From an uncultured virus (IMG/VR IMGVR_UViG_3300010283_000223) (lineage: Duplodnaviria; Heunggongvirae; Uroviricota; Caudoviricetes), in IMG/VR virus record IMGVR_UViG_3300010283_000223: a stretch of DNA of 20,000 bases; one strand, given 5' to 3'. The notes below the pieces were generated by a model. The model had not been told where the DNA came from, ran no database searches, and saw only the letters and a program-made list of their open reading frames with translations. The position numbers were made by a program, and so were the translations under genes. Below are positions 8,278 to 17,038 of the stretch, one piece after another. Position 1 is the stretch's first letter, and the number at the start of each line of letters is the position of its first letter.

Positions 8278-11200
8278 TTATTCATAGATAACCTTGGATC
8301 CATCCTCCGTCTTTATGACGTCCAGACTTTGAGGGAAACGTGCTTTCATGGTAGGATCATGTGTAATTGCCATGATCTTCAAATTCGGATACCGGTGCTG
8401 GATAGTCTCAAGGGCATCACAGTAGGCCTGTATTCCATCCGCATCAAGGAACGGCGGTTCATCAATAAAGAGCATTCCCATTTGTATTCCGGCTGAGGAT
8501 GCCTTGATTTCAGCCAGCGCAAGAATGACCGACAGTGATGCTTTTACCTTTTCTCCTCCAGATTTTGACAGATAAGGAAGTGTTGATTTTCCATACTCTT
8601 CAATCAGAATATCCAAGGTGACAACTTCCTTATTGGTATTGGACTTAATTGTTTTCTCGGTCTGGAATTCAATACCCATTTTCCCACCTGTCATTTGACC
8701 TAAAATACTGCTCGATACCTCTGTAAGCTTCGGCACCAATGACCGAATGATCTGGTGTGGGATTCCATCTTGAGAGAATGCTGATTTTAGCAAATCATAC
8801 TTGGCAATCTCTGCTGATACTCCGGATATGCTGGTCTGCAGTTCTGATACAGCCAGTTTTAATCTTTTGATTTCTTCAATCTTCTGATTCAGGCCGCCAA
8901 GCTCCTGCTGATGCGAATTCATGATGTCAGTGTGCTGTTTTATCTGAGAATTCATAGAATCTATCTGCATCTGCAGGGAGGTAATATCTAGTGTTGCTCC
9001 ACCTGTCTTTTCGAGTTCTGCTTTTGCATCTTCCAGCTCTCTCAGGAGTTCTGTAAGTCGAATGGAGTAATCGGCTTTCTGCTGTTCTGCATTTGCCTTT
9101 CTTTCCCTCACAACCGGGTAAGTTCCGGCTAGGTCCACATATGCTTTAAGTCTGTTTATTTCTGCCAAAGTTTCTCTATGAGCAGTTACTGCATCCGTAT
9201 ACTCCGGAAGGATTTCTTCTATCTCCTGTGCCTTTATTTTGACCGTAGAAAGCCTTTTTTGCGCTTCAGCTATATTTGACTGTATATGCTCGATTGAAGC
9301 TTTTACGAGTTCAATCCTGCTTTCACGCTGGTTAAGCTCCTCAAGTTGATCAACATACGGACGGAGTTCTGCGATTCTAGCCTTAATCTTCACTATATTT
9401 TCCGGTTCAAATCCAATGCCAAGCAGATCGGAGTCTAGTTTTTTCAAGTGGTCTTCAAGTGGTTTTACTTTTGCCTGATGGTCCTCTTCCAACTTTTTCA
9501 ATATATCCGGATATTCATCTAATTTTTTCTTTGAGGTCAGAGCATCCGCAAGGAACCCACAATTTGCTTTCTCGATATCCACACATTGTACCGAATCAAG
9601 AAGGTGTGCTTTTCTTCTATGATTCTCTTCATCCCTCTCAAGCCCTTTCTTAGTTGTCAAAAACAAATGCTGGAGTTCTGCTATTGAATTGCTAACCTTC
9701 TGCTTTTCCAGTTCCTTTGCCCGGTAATCACGCTCTTTTTCATACTCAACGTTTAAGAGTTTATCCTGGCTCATATACTCTGCCGCATTTGTCCGGATCA
9801 CATAGTCATTGGCATTGTCCTGCAAATCACTAAGTTCTCTGTTCTTTTGGTCAAGTTCTGCCTCATGCTTTGATATTGAGGCTGTTTCATCCGCAATCTG
9901 CACTCTAAGTCGATTTAATTCATCTACCTTGCTCGCATGGACAGCGGCTTTCTCAGAAAGCTCTTTGTCCTTTTCTACAAGGGCATTGTATTTTTCCACT
10001 TTCTGTAATGTGTCCGGCTCGCTCTGCAGCGTAGTATCACAGGTCGTAATGGTGGACGAAAGAGCTGCTATGTTCGTCTGGCATTCACCGACCTTTGATT
10101 CCAGTGAGACTATGGAAGCCTGTACTTTCTTGCGGCGTTCCTCTGCTTCATTCTGCATGTTTAAAATGACCGATTTTTCATCACGCTCTTTCGTGAGTTC
10201 ATTAACCCTGTCCTGATGAACCGATATGCTGCTTTCCACAATTGCCTTTTCAGCAAAAGGATCTCCGTAGCCATTTATTGTCTGTTCATGTATATTGACC
10301 GTATTTTTTTTAGCTGCAATGTCTCTTCTAAGAATCGCAAGGTTATCCTTGACTAAATCTTCCATAACGCTATATATGCCAAGTCCGAGAAGATTTGAGA
10401 GGACTCCAACACGTTCCTCCTTGCCAGCTTCCAAAAATAATCCGTACTGGTCCTGCATAATCAGTACGCATGCCTTGAATGTGAGACTGTCCATTCCAAG
10501 AACTTTTTCAATCTCATTTTGCGTATCCTTATATTTTTCTTTTGAACGGTCTTCCCATTCTCCACTAATAAGCTGCGATAAATTAAGCGTTCCTTTTCCG
10601 GATTTTGCTCTTGTGCGCACTACACGGAATGTATTTTCTCCAAGTGAAAATGTAAAACTGATAGAACCAGATCTTGCCTTTTCATCACTTCGAATCCATC
10701 CTGTGAGATCTCCTTCTCTTGGTTCTTCAAACAGACAGTCCATAATAGCATCCATGAACAGGCTGCTCTTTCCCGCTCCATTCTGTCCATTAATAGTGCA
10801 GAAGCGAATATCATCAAACGAAAAACTCTGCTCTACATAATTTCTGTAATTTTTTACAGAGATTTCCTTTGGGATAAATGTTCCGGTAAACTCCGATACA
10901 GACTCATTTGCCCTCGCTTTTTCAATGATCGGGCGTGCAGCCTCCAGTATCTGTGTGATTTCCTCTGGCATTTTTCCTTTTTCCTGTAGATACTGGATAA
11001 GATTTGTTTCCGGATCATCAAATTTTGAAAGTTCCGTTCGGTTTACATCCTCTATGGAATCCAATTTTATGTCTGCTTTCCAAAAAGCTCCTGCATCATA
11101 CAGAGCCTTTTCAATCTGTGCGGTATTTATTGCTTTTTTCTGTTCTGCTGTGCAGCTGTAGATAATTCTGACAATCTTATCAGCAACGCCTTTCTGTGCG

Positions 11201-12129
11201 AAATAGATAGGTAATGATTCCGGATTATTGATTGCCTGTTCCACATCGTTCTTATCCCAATTTATTGTTAAAAATTCTCTATAAGGTGTTTTATGGAATT
11301 CTGAATCCGTAAATACCAAGCCTGTTTTTCCAAATGCGCCCTCTTCAAAGTGATGAATCCAGAATCCTCTCTCCTGTCCCTCATCATTAAAGTTGATAGC
11401 ATTCACAGCGCCGCTGTAGCATACATTATCAAGGCCATTTATAAACTGTGGTCTATGTATGTGGCCGAGAGCAACCAGATCATAATTAGCGGCTATCAGC
11501 ATTTCCTGCGTAATCACCGGTTCAACCTGTGAAAGAAACTGTACCTGTCCTGATTCCGTATTTGCCCCAGGCACTGTGTAGTGTGACATTAGAATTGTCA
11601 ATTTGCCGGGTTCGCAAAGCGATTTCATTCCAACCACAATATTTCCAAGTTCATCACTGAACACCATGTTTTCTTCATCCTTGGACAAACCGGGAAACTT
11701 TGCTCTGAATTTGCCTTTATCAAATCCAGGTACCACTACGATATCAGCGTATGTTGTGTTTATTATCTGCGGATCCGTTACAATATAAACATTATTAACC
11801 AATTCAAAATGTGCCCTTAACTCATCAAAGGCATCTTCTGAGTCATGATTTGGTGTACCTCGCATAACAACGATTTTCCCGCAAGTCTTTGACAATCTAA
11901 GTATGATATCTCTTGCCTGCAGTACCTCTTTGTGGCTCCTGCTCTGCCAAATCTCGGCCTGATGGAATATGTCTCCGGATACAAGGATGAGGTCTGGAAG
12001 TTCATTCTCTGCAACTCTTACCACTTCCTCAAGGCATTTCAGTGTATCCATGGATCTAAGGTTTACCCCGTCCTGTTCCGGTCCCTTAAAGGAACCGATA
12101 TGCCAATCTGCTGTATGTAATATTTTCAT
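8278..12129 (-). CDS. Fused SbcD-SbcC (Mre11 metallophosphoesterase + Rad50/SMC ATPase) nuclease
   Basis: Phosphoesterase motifs ADWH, SGD, NHD, SH, GHIH; Walker A GQNGAGKSS; Q-loop MQDQ; long coiled coil; signature SGGE; Walker B LFIDE; H-loop ITHD. One uninterrupted 1283-aa ORF. Confidence 0.93.
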   Translation of the reverse strand: MKILHTADWHIGSFKGPEQDGVNLRSMDTLKCLEEVVRVAENELPDLILVSGDIFHQAEIWQSRSHKEVLQARDIILRLSKTCGKIVVMRGTPNHDSEDAFDELRAHFELVNNVYIVTDPQIINTTYADIVVVPGFDKGKFRAKFPGLSKDEENMVFSDELGNIVVGMKSLCEPGKLTILMSHYTVPGANTESGQVQFLSQVEPVITQEMLIAANYDLVALGHIHRPQFINGLDNVCYSGAVNAINFNDEGQERGFWIHHFEEGAFGKTGLVFTDSEFHKTPYREFLTINWDKNDVEQAINNPESLPIYFAQKGVADKIVRIIYSCTAEQKKAINTAQIEKALYDAGAFWKADIKLDSIEDVNRTELSKFDDPETNLIQYLQEKGKMPEEITQILEAARPIIEKARANESVSEFTGTFIPKEISVKNYRNYVEQSFSFDDIRFCTINGQNGAGKSSLFMDAIMDCLFEEPREGDLTGWIRSDEKARSGSISFTFSLGENTFRVVRTRAKSGKGTLNLSQLISGEWEDRSKEKYKDTQNEIEKVLGMDSLTFKACVLIMQDQYGLFLEAGKEERVGVLSNLLGLGIYSVMEDLVKDNLAILRRDIAAKKNTVNIHEQTINGYGDPFAEKAIVESSISVHQDRVNELTKERDEKSVILNMQNEAEERRKKVQASIVSLESKVGECQTNIAALSSTITTCDTTLQSEPDTLQKVEKYNALVEKDKELSEKAAVHASKVDELNRLRVQIADETASISKHEAELDQKNRELSDLQDNANDYVIRTNAAEYMSQDKLLNVEYEKERDYRAKELEKQKVSNSIAELQHLFLTTKKGLERDEENHRRKAHLLDSVQCVDIEKANCGFLADALTSKKKLDEYPDILKKLEEDHQAKVKPLEDHLKKLDSDLLGIGFEPENIVKIKARIAELRPYVDQLEELNQRESRIELVKASIEHIQSNIAEAQKRLSTVKIKAQEIEEILPEYTDAVTAHRETLAEINRLKAYVDLAGTYPVVRERKANAEQQKADYSIRLTELLRELEDAKAELEKTGGATLDITSLQMQIDSMNSQIKQHTDIMNSHQQELGGLNQKIEEIKRLKLAVSELQTSISGVSAEIAKYDLLKSAFSQDGIPHQIIRSLVPKLTEVSSSILGQMTGGKMGIEFQTEKTIKSNTNKEVVTLDILIEEYGKSTLPYLSKSGGEKVKASLSVILALAEIKASSAGIQMGMLFIDEPPFLDADGIQAYCDALETIQHRYPNLKIMAITHDPTMKARFPQSLDVIKTEDGSKVIYE

Positions 12130-12569
12130 AATTTCAATGCCTCCTTTGTAGCTTTCATCGCATAAATCATATTGTTTAACTCAAGTTCCAGTAATTTGAA
12201 TGTTTTCTCTTCTATTCCGCAGAAATCAATTCCATCACCGGTCCATTCCTCTCCAACAAAAAGGATATTTCCCATAATTGGCTCTCCATGCTCATCTGTT
12301 TTGTAAAGATAACTTCCGATTAAATTTGGTACGTTTCTTTTCAGTCTGCCCTCTTCATCAATCAGCATGCTCACGCACTGTCCCGGTATTTTGTTAGGGC
12401 GATTTTTCATTTTTAAATCCGTATAAAGTCTTTCCGGCATCACATGCTCATAAATATCGCATCTATTACCAATGAGTTCTTTTAACACCCTATTCTGCTC
12501 GCAATGGTCTCCATCCGGAAAATCATGTACTGAAAGTTCCATATCTGTAGATATTTTGATAAATTTCAT
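12126..12569 (-). CDS. Hypothetical protein, DUF3846-like
   Basis: MLIDEEGRLK...NLIGSYLY...IMGNILFVG pattern. Start ATG 12569 after GAGGAG. Confidence 0.6.
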   Translation of the reverse strand: MKFIKISTDMELSVHDFPDGDHCEQNRVLKELIGNRCDIYEHVMPERLYTDLKMKNRPNKIPGQCVSMLIDEEGRLKRNVPNLIGSYLYKTDEHGEPIMGNILFVGEEWTGDGIDFCGIEEKTFKLLELELNNMIYAMKATKEALKL

Positions 12570-13702
12570 TATCTGGCTCCTCTCTGACACTTGACGCATA
12601 ACGGTTGTCCGAATTTGTTAAGTGAATAATTATAAACATTTGGCGTAATTGGTGAGCCGCAATTACTGCAAGCAAGTTCTTCATTCTCCGGTTCATTATT
12701 GACATTTTCAATGTTTTGTATTTCCTGCTCACTCTGACTCTCCAAATCATCTTCTGTTGCTGAAGTTTCATCAGCGAGTACATCGCTTTGAAATGCCGGA
12801 TTATCTGCAAATTCATCAGGATTAAAGAAATCAATTTTCCTATTGGCGTCTGTATTAATAGTTGTGAGTGCCGGAACTTCTGACCCAAACAAGGTTCCTA
12901 TGGAATTCATTCCTTGCGATAACATTGCTCTGCGCACTTCTGGATCGTTATAATCAGGCGAAAATGTAACACGGGGAATTGCAAATGGGTTTTCAAGTTC
13001 TGCTTTTGTATATTGCCCTTTCATCCCGGTAAGAGCTCTAATAACGCGAAGTATAGCTCCCGTCATAGCCTTTTCAGCTGCAGTTTTTCTGAGAAGCGTC
13101 ATATTAACCAATACCGAACGTTCAATGTATTTTTCCCTGTCACAATCATCTATCACATATGCTTTGCACGCTTTCCCCCACTTGTTTGTAGCATTAATCC
13201 ATTTTCCCTTGAACATTTCTGCGGCGGCTTTTGCGGCTTTTTCGTCAGTAATACCTTTTATGGATTTATCCATAAATTCAATTTTGTAATTGGCCTCTTC
13301 GTCATCTAGTTCAATGGTCTTCCAATCTGCATGAGTTTTTCCGGTACCATCAGGCATGCGCATTGCTCCATAGGCTTTAGCCTTATAAGAGTTAGCACTT
13401 TCCCTCACCACATAGGTATGATTAGGGTCAAACTGTATGCCAGCTGCAGCTGCAATTTTCATTAAAAGTGGCTTTGCAGGAGAAAATGTATCAATCCAAA
13501 TTTCTTTTCCATTTCCATCTTTCGCTTTAACGGATCCTACTTTGAAAATATCTCCAGAATTTTCAGACAAGTCAGCACTCACTTCCATGACTGTGACTTT
13601 ATAGAATGGGTTCAGCTGAACCTCTGTTGATGCCGGCATAAGAAGATTACAGCCGGCGTATCTCTTTTGTATTTCTTCCATAGCATTCATTTTCTTTTCC
13701 AT
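12569..13702 (-). CDS. Hypothetical protein with acidic linker and C-terminal zinc finger (candidate recombination/annealing protein)
   Basis: 377 aa, RBS GGAGG, C-terminal CSNC-x17-CVKC, located upstream of the SbcCD nuclease. Function inferred from position only. Confidence 0.7.
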   Translation of the reverse strand: MEKKMNAMEEIQKRYAGCNLLMPASTEVQLNPFYKVTVMEVSADLSENSGDIFKVGSVKAKDGNGKEIWIDTFSPAKPLLMKIAAAAGIQFDPNHTYVVRESANSYKAKAYGAMRMPDGTGKTHADWKTIELDDEEANYKIEFMDKSIKGITDEKAAKAAAEMFKGKWINATNKWGKACKAYVIDDCDREKYIERSVLVNMTLLRKTAAEKAMTGAILRVIRALTGMKGQYTKAELENPFAIPRVTFSPDYNDPEVRRAMLSQGMNSIGTLFGSEVPALTTINTDANRKIDFFNPDEFADNPAFQSDVLADETSATEDDLESQSEQEIQNIENVNNEPENEELACSNCGSPITPNVYNYSLNKFGQPLCVKCQRGAR

Positions 13703-13731
13703 GTCAATACCTCCATATTGTTTGTTTATTC

Positions 13732-13760
13732 TTGATTTATAAAGCGATGAATGCTACAAT
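13732..13760 (+). promoter_or_regulatory. Sigma-A type promoter antisense to the early operon
   Basis: TTGATT (13732-37), 17 bp spacer, TG-n-TACAAT (13755-60). Confidence 0.7.
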
Positions 13761-14032
13761 ATGGATGCAGTGGGAGTGTTCCTGTCTTCGGACGGAACGC
13801 TCTTTTCCATATTGCGAAGCTCCTCGCATAAATCCATTGTAAATTTTGAGAAGGCCAATGATTGAACATATTCAGCCGTAAGCTGGGCCAGATACCACGG
13901 TTGCATTACTACTGGTCTCTTTTCCATTTTGTAAATATATTTCTGCTTTCTTTTAGCATAAATTAAAGCCTTTTCATAATAAGCATCCGGTATATCGGTT
14001 TGTAAAATTAACTCAACCTCTCTCTTTGTCAT
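13754..14032 (-). CDS. Hypothetical phage protein (92 aa)
   Basis: RBS GGAGAGG; overlaps upstream gene; in operon. Confidence 0.7.
   Translation of the reverse strand: MTKREVELILQTDIPDAYYEKALIYAKRKQKYIYKMEKRPVVMQPWYLAQLTAEYVQSLAFSKFTMDLCEELRNMEKSVPSEDRNTPTASIL
13772..13807 (+). terminator. Intrinsic terminator-like hairpin closing a short antisense RNA
   Basis: GAGTGTTCC(T)GTC-TTCG-GACGGAACGCTC followed by TTTT. Confidence 0.6.
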
Positions 14033-14357
14033 GTGCTTTTCCTCTCCTGTAATACTTAAAAAATGTATGTATGGCGCAGTAGGATAGTAAAAAAACTATT
14101 CCAACCAATATGTACTCACCCCCATATGCTTTGTACCCTCTTTTCTGATACGCATACGGAATGGCCTGCATGGCTGTGAAGTACGCCGCTGATAAAGCAA
14201 AGAAAAATTCTATGATACCTACCGTGATGATTTCTGCCACCGAATCCTTCTGTTTTTCTCTTCGCACCGGGGACAAATATACCCTGACTTTGGAATCCTC
14301 TGTAAGATACTGATATTCCAGTTCAGATTGCACTTTACACACTTTGCTTTCACTCAT
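14013..14357 (-). CDS. Hypothetical membrane protein (two predicted TM helices)
   Basis: RBS AGGAGG; hydrophobic stretches IITVGIIEFFFALSAAYFTAM and YILVGIVFLLSYCAIHTFF. Confidence 0.72.
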   Translation of the reverse strand: MSESKVCKVQSELEYQYLTEDSKVRVYLSPVRREKQKDSVAEIITVGIIEFFFALSAAYFTAMQAIPYAYQKRGYKAYGGEYILVGIVFLLSYCAIHTFFKYYRRGKAHDKERG

Positions 14358-14366
14358 GTCTGCCTC

Positions 14367-14990
14367 CTACTTATAAAATCTCATTGCGTCGCACTGATAT
14401 AGGTAATTCAAATTCCGGCTATGCCAATTATCATCATCTTCACAAGCTTCAAAATACAGGCACCCGTCAGAATAATCATTCGTCGCTGTCCTAACAACTT
14501 CAACTGCCTCATAGCAATCGTCATTAGGTTCAACTCTGTCCCAACGTCCGTCACCCATGCACGAATACTGGTAAGTTCCACCTGTGCATTGATAAATCAC
14601 ATCATGAATGTTACCTGGAAACAAATCGCTCTCCACTCGGTTAAGAACCGACATTATGATCAACGTCTTGCATTGAATTGAACACCCTTCTGCCTCCGCC
14701 ATTGCAAGCCTTGCTAATAAATATGTTTCTTCCTCAGTCCAATCTCTTTCATAAGCAAATGCCGGCCACTCAGGAATTGTTTTCATCTCTTTTGCTTCTT
14801 GCATGCGTTCCGCCGCTTCAGCAACCGGTTGTGACTTAATGCTTGTGACATATGTAACTGCAACTCTCTCCGGCTCAAGAGAGGATGATGCAGCTGCCTT
14901 TATCTCCCCTCCTTGCCATACAGCTATTAGTGCGCCTATTACTATCGCTCCGACAGCTGCGCATGAAGTGTTATACGATAACCTTTTCAC
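14367..14990 (-). CDS. Cell wall hydrolase, SleB/Hydrolase_2 family, with N-terminal membrane anchor or signal
   Basis: LLARLAMAEAEG...VLNRV...FPGNIHDVIYQ...QYS...GCLYF motifs; hydrophobic N-terminus. Start GTG 14990 after GGAGG. Confidence 0.85.
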   Translation of the reverse strand: MKRLSYNTSCAAVGAIVIGALIAVWQGGEIKAAASSSLEPERVAVTYVTSIKSQPVAEAAERMQEAKEMKTIPEWPAFAYERDWTEEETYLLARLAMAEAEGCSIQCKTLIIMSVLNRVESDLFPGNIHDVIYQCTGGTYQYSCMGDGRWDRVEPNDDCYEAVEVVRTATNDYSDGCLYFEACEDDDNWHSRNLNYLYQCDAMRFYK

Positions 14991-15159
14991 GACTTTGCAC
15001 CTCCGAAAAACAGAATTGTAATTGCCCTCCCCGACCAGCTCTATACATGCTTTGAAGTTTTGCATTTTCCTGTTTCTTTTCCTGTGTACATGTGCACCGT
15101 TCTCCCGGATCTAAGTTTCCGTTGCACAAAGGGCACACATTATAGTATCTTTTCGCCAT
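14971..15159 (-). CDS. Small Cys-rich (zinc-ribbon-like) hypothetical protein
   Basis: ATG 15159 after GAGGAGG; CPLCNGNLDPGERCTC. Confidence 0.72.
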   Translation of the reverse strand: MAKRYYNVCPLCNGNLDPGERCTCTQEKKQENAKLQSMYRAGRGGQLQFCFSEVQSREKVIV

Positions 15160-15175
15160 CTCTGATACCTCCTCT

Positions 15176-15367
15176 CTAAATAAAGCGTTCATTGAAATAT
15201 TTTCTGGATACCTTTCCTTTGGGATATCTCATGTATCCCTGTTCCACCATTTCATCATTCAGATTTCGGATTATTTCCTGTGCCTTTGTCTGTTTACACC
15301 CAAGAATTTTCATGACATCCTGCACAGTGTAATAAGAAACCGTGACTTCCTGGTTTATCACTGCCAT
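15176..15367 (-). CDS. Excisionase-like small HTH DNA-binding protein
   Basis: YYTVQDVMKILGCKQTKAQEIIRNLN...GKVSRKYFNERF resembles Xis-type winged HTH of Firmicute phages/ICEs. RBS AGGAGG. Confidence 0.7.
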   Translation of the reverse strand: MAVINQEVTVSYYTVQDVMKILGCKQTKAQEIIRNLNDEMVEQGYMRYPKGKVSRKYFNERFI

Positions 15368-15382
15368 TCCTTCACCTCCTAC

Positions 15383-15871
15383 CTATTCATCCTTTCGACA
15401 GTTTTTTGTGACCCATGCTTTCAGCTCCTGTGTCACTGCATTCAGTTCATCCAATGATGAAAGCACCTTTTCCAATGTCGGTTGCTCGTCCTCTGATATA
15501 ATGCCGTCTGATACAATATCCAAAAGAGCTTCCTTTGTCTTTGAAATTTTCTGGAACGCTGAAAGAGCCTTAATTGAAATCCTATCGAGGTCCTGCGCTG
15601 TAATCTCCGGAATGTCCCATCCCAAAGGACATAAATTATGACAGTATGTATTGATCAGTTCTGGTGCATTATATAAATCTGACATTTTCAACACAGCTTC
15701 TGGTGTCGGTACACTGATTCCAAGTTCCCAATCAGAAATTGTGGACTCCGATGCATAGCCCAATACTTCTGCAGCGCCAGCTCTACTTTTCAGTTTGTCG
15801 TTATATCTTGCAGCTTCCAATCTAGCCTTGCAAAAGATATTGTTCTTTGCTTTCGTAGGTCTTGTTCCCAT
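15383..15871 (-). CDS. XRE-type HTH regulator with helical C-terminal domain (CII-like by position)
   Basis: SRAGAAEVLGYASESTISDWELGISVP HTH; C-terminal IVSDGIISEDE helical hairpin; directly downstream of cro. Confidence 0.75.
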   Translation of the reverse strand: MGTRPTKAKNNIFCKARLEAARYNDKLKSRAGAAEVLGYASESTISDWELGISVPTPEAVLKMSDLYNAPELINTYCHNLCPLGWDIPEITAQDLDRISIKALSAFQKISKTKEALLDIVSDGIISEDEQPTLEKVLSSLDELNAVTQELKAWVTKNCRKDE

Positions 15872-15922
15872 TTATTTTCTTATCCTCCTCGCCATATAAT
15901 TGATTTATCCTATTAGGAAAGT

Positions 15923-16111
15923 TTAATGGCAAAAAAAATCAATAGGTTTATCAAGTTTTTCGGAAAGGATTTTAGCTTCCTGTAAGGAAATTTTAGTTTT
16001 TCCATTTTCTTTCTTGCTATAAGCAGAAACAGTTTTTAATCCCAGCATTTTTGCCATCTCTAACTGTGTGAATCCTTTCGATTCTCTTAACTCTCTTAAT
16101 GGTACATTCAC
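15923..16111 (-). CDS. Cro-like XRE HTH protein
   Basis: LRELRESKGFTQLEMAKMLGL..SAYSKKENG; GTG start after GGGAGG; divergent from the repressor. Confidence 0.88.
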   Translation of the reverse strand: MNVPLRELRESKGFTQLEMAKMLGLKTVSAYSKKENGKTKISLQEAKILSEKLDKPIDFFCH

Positions 16112-16156
16112 TGCGTATCGTCCTCCCTTCTTTCCTGTTAGGAAATTTATGTTTAT

Positions 16157-16185
16157 ATATTATACTTTCCTATATGGAAAGTCAA
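16157..16185 (-). promoter_or_regulatory. Early lytic (cro) promoter
   Basis: Minus strand TTGACT, 17 bp spacer, TAATAT; the spacer is occupied by operator 16166-16180. Confidence 0.72.
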
Positions 16186-16270
16186 TAGCTTCGACGAAAC
16201 TTTTTTCCAATTAGGAAAATCAAAACATTTCTTAATTGGAAAATGCTATATTGATATAGGAGGTGTTTTC

Positions 16271-17002
16271 ATGAATCGTCTTAAAGTACTACGGGAATCG
16301 AAAGGAATGACTCAGTCTGAACTTGGAAAACTTTTAAATGTAAAAGATGCTGCAATTTCAAAATATGAATCAGAAAAAATTCCGCTAACAGCAGATACTA
16401 TAATGCGATTAACGGAAATATTTTCTGTCTCAGCCGACTACATATTAGGTCTAAATGATTGTGGTTCTGGCAGTCTTGCGTCCTCTCTTGGATATAGTGA
16501 AGAAGAATCAGATGCCACTACCTTTCCGCATAAGCTAGCATTGCAAATTGATTATGAATGTTCTACTATTCATCAATTAGCAGAAACCATTCATATACCA
16601 GATCGTGAAATTATCGAATGGCTTTTAGGAAAGAGCACTACTTATCAAAAGTATTATAAAGAATTATCTGCTTTTTTTAACGTAGATGAAAGATATTGGA
16701 ACAGCCCTGGTGCTATTTCTCCGACCATAGAACCAACACTAGATGAGTATTTGCTTATCATTTCTCGGAGAGATTACTTAAAAAACGGCAAATGGTCCGA
16801 ATACTCTCCAACGCTCGCAAGTTTTTTTCCTGGGATGACACTACCAGAAACCTTCGAGGACAATAAGGTTTTATCTTCCTTTAAAAATCTTAATGAAGAT
16901 AACAAAGATATCATCATAGGTAAAATAAAAGAGTTACTGAAAGAACAAGTCTCTCAATCTGTTGCAGCAGATGGTCAAATGAGAAAAGCGTCTGGAAAAT
17001 AA
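16271..17002 (+). CDS. CI-like repressor with N-terminal XRE HTH and a probable second degenerate HTH; no S24 peptidase
   Basis: NRLKVLRESKGMTQSELGKLLNV...AISKYE...VSADYILG; second HTH-like TIHQLAETIHIPDREIIEWLLG...ELSAFFNV. RBS GGAGG; TGnTATATT extended -10 at 16244-52. Confidence 0.88.
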   Translation: MNRLKVLRESKGMTQSELGKLLNVKDAAISKYESEKIPLTADTIMRLTEIFSVSADYILGLNDCGSGSLASSLGYSEEESDATTFPHKLALQIDYECSTIHQLAETIHIPDREIIEWLLGKSTTYQKYYKELSAFFNVDERYWNSPGAISPTIEPTLDEYLLIISRRDYLKNGKWSEYSPTLASFFPGMTLPETFEDNKVLSSFKNLNEDNKDIIIGKIKELLKEQVSQSVAADGQMRKASGK

Positions 17003-17038
17003 TTAGCCTCGAATGGTACCGGGGCAGAAAGAATAGTC

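Larger units (their letters stand above)
15906..16242. promoter_or_regulatory. Six 15-bp palindromic operators, consensus TTTCC-N5-GGAAA
   Basis: 15906 TATCCTATTAGGAAA; 15976 CTTCCTGTAAGGAAA; 16131 TTTCCTGTTAGGAAA; 16166 TTTCCTATATGGAAA; 16204 TTTCCAATTAGGAAA; 16228 TTTCTTAATTGGAAA. Confidence 0.85.

Noticed and set aside
15011..15035. QLQFCF near the end of the 62-aa Cys-rich protein as a second clamp-binding motif
   Set aside because: Weak match to QL[S/D]LF, not terminal, and close to the RBS region of the next gene.
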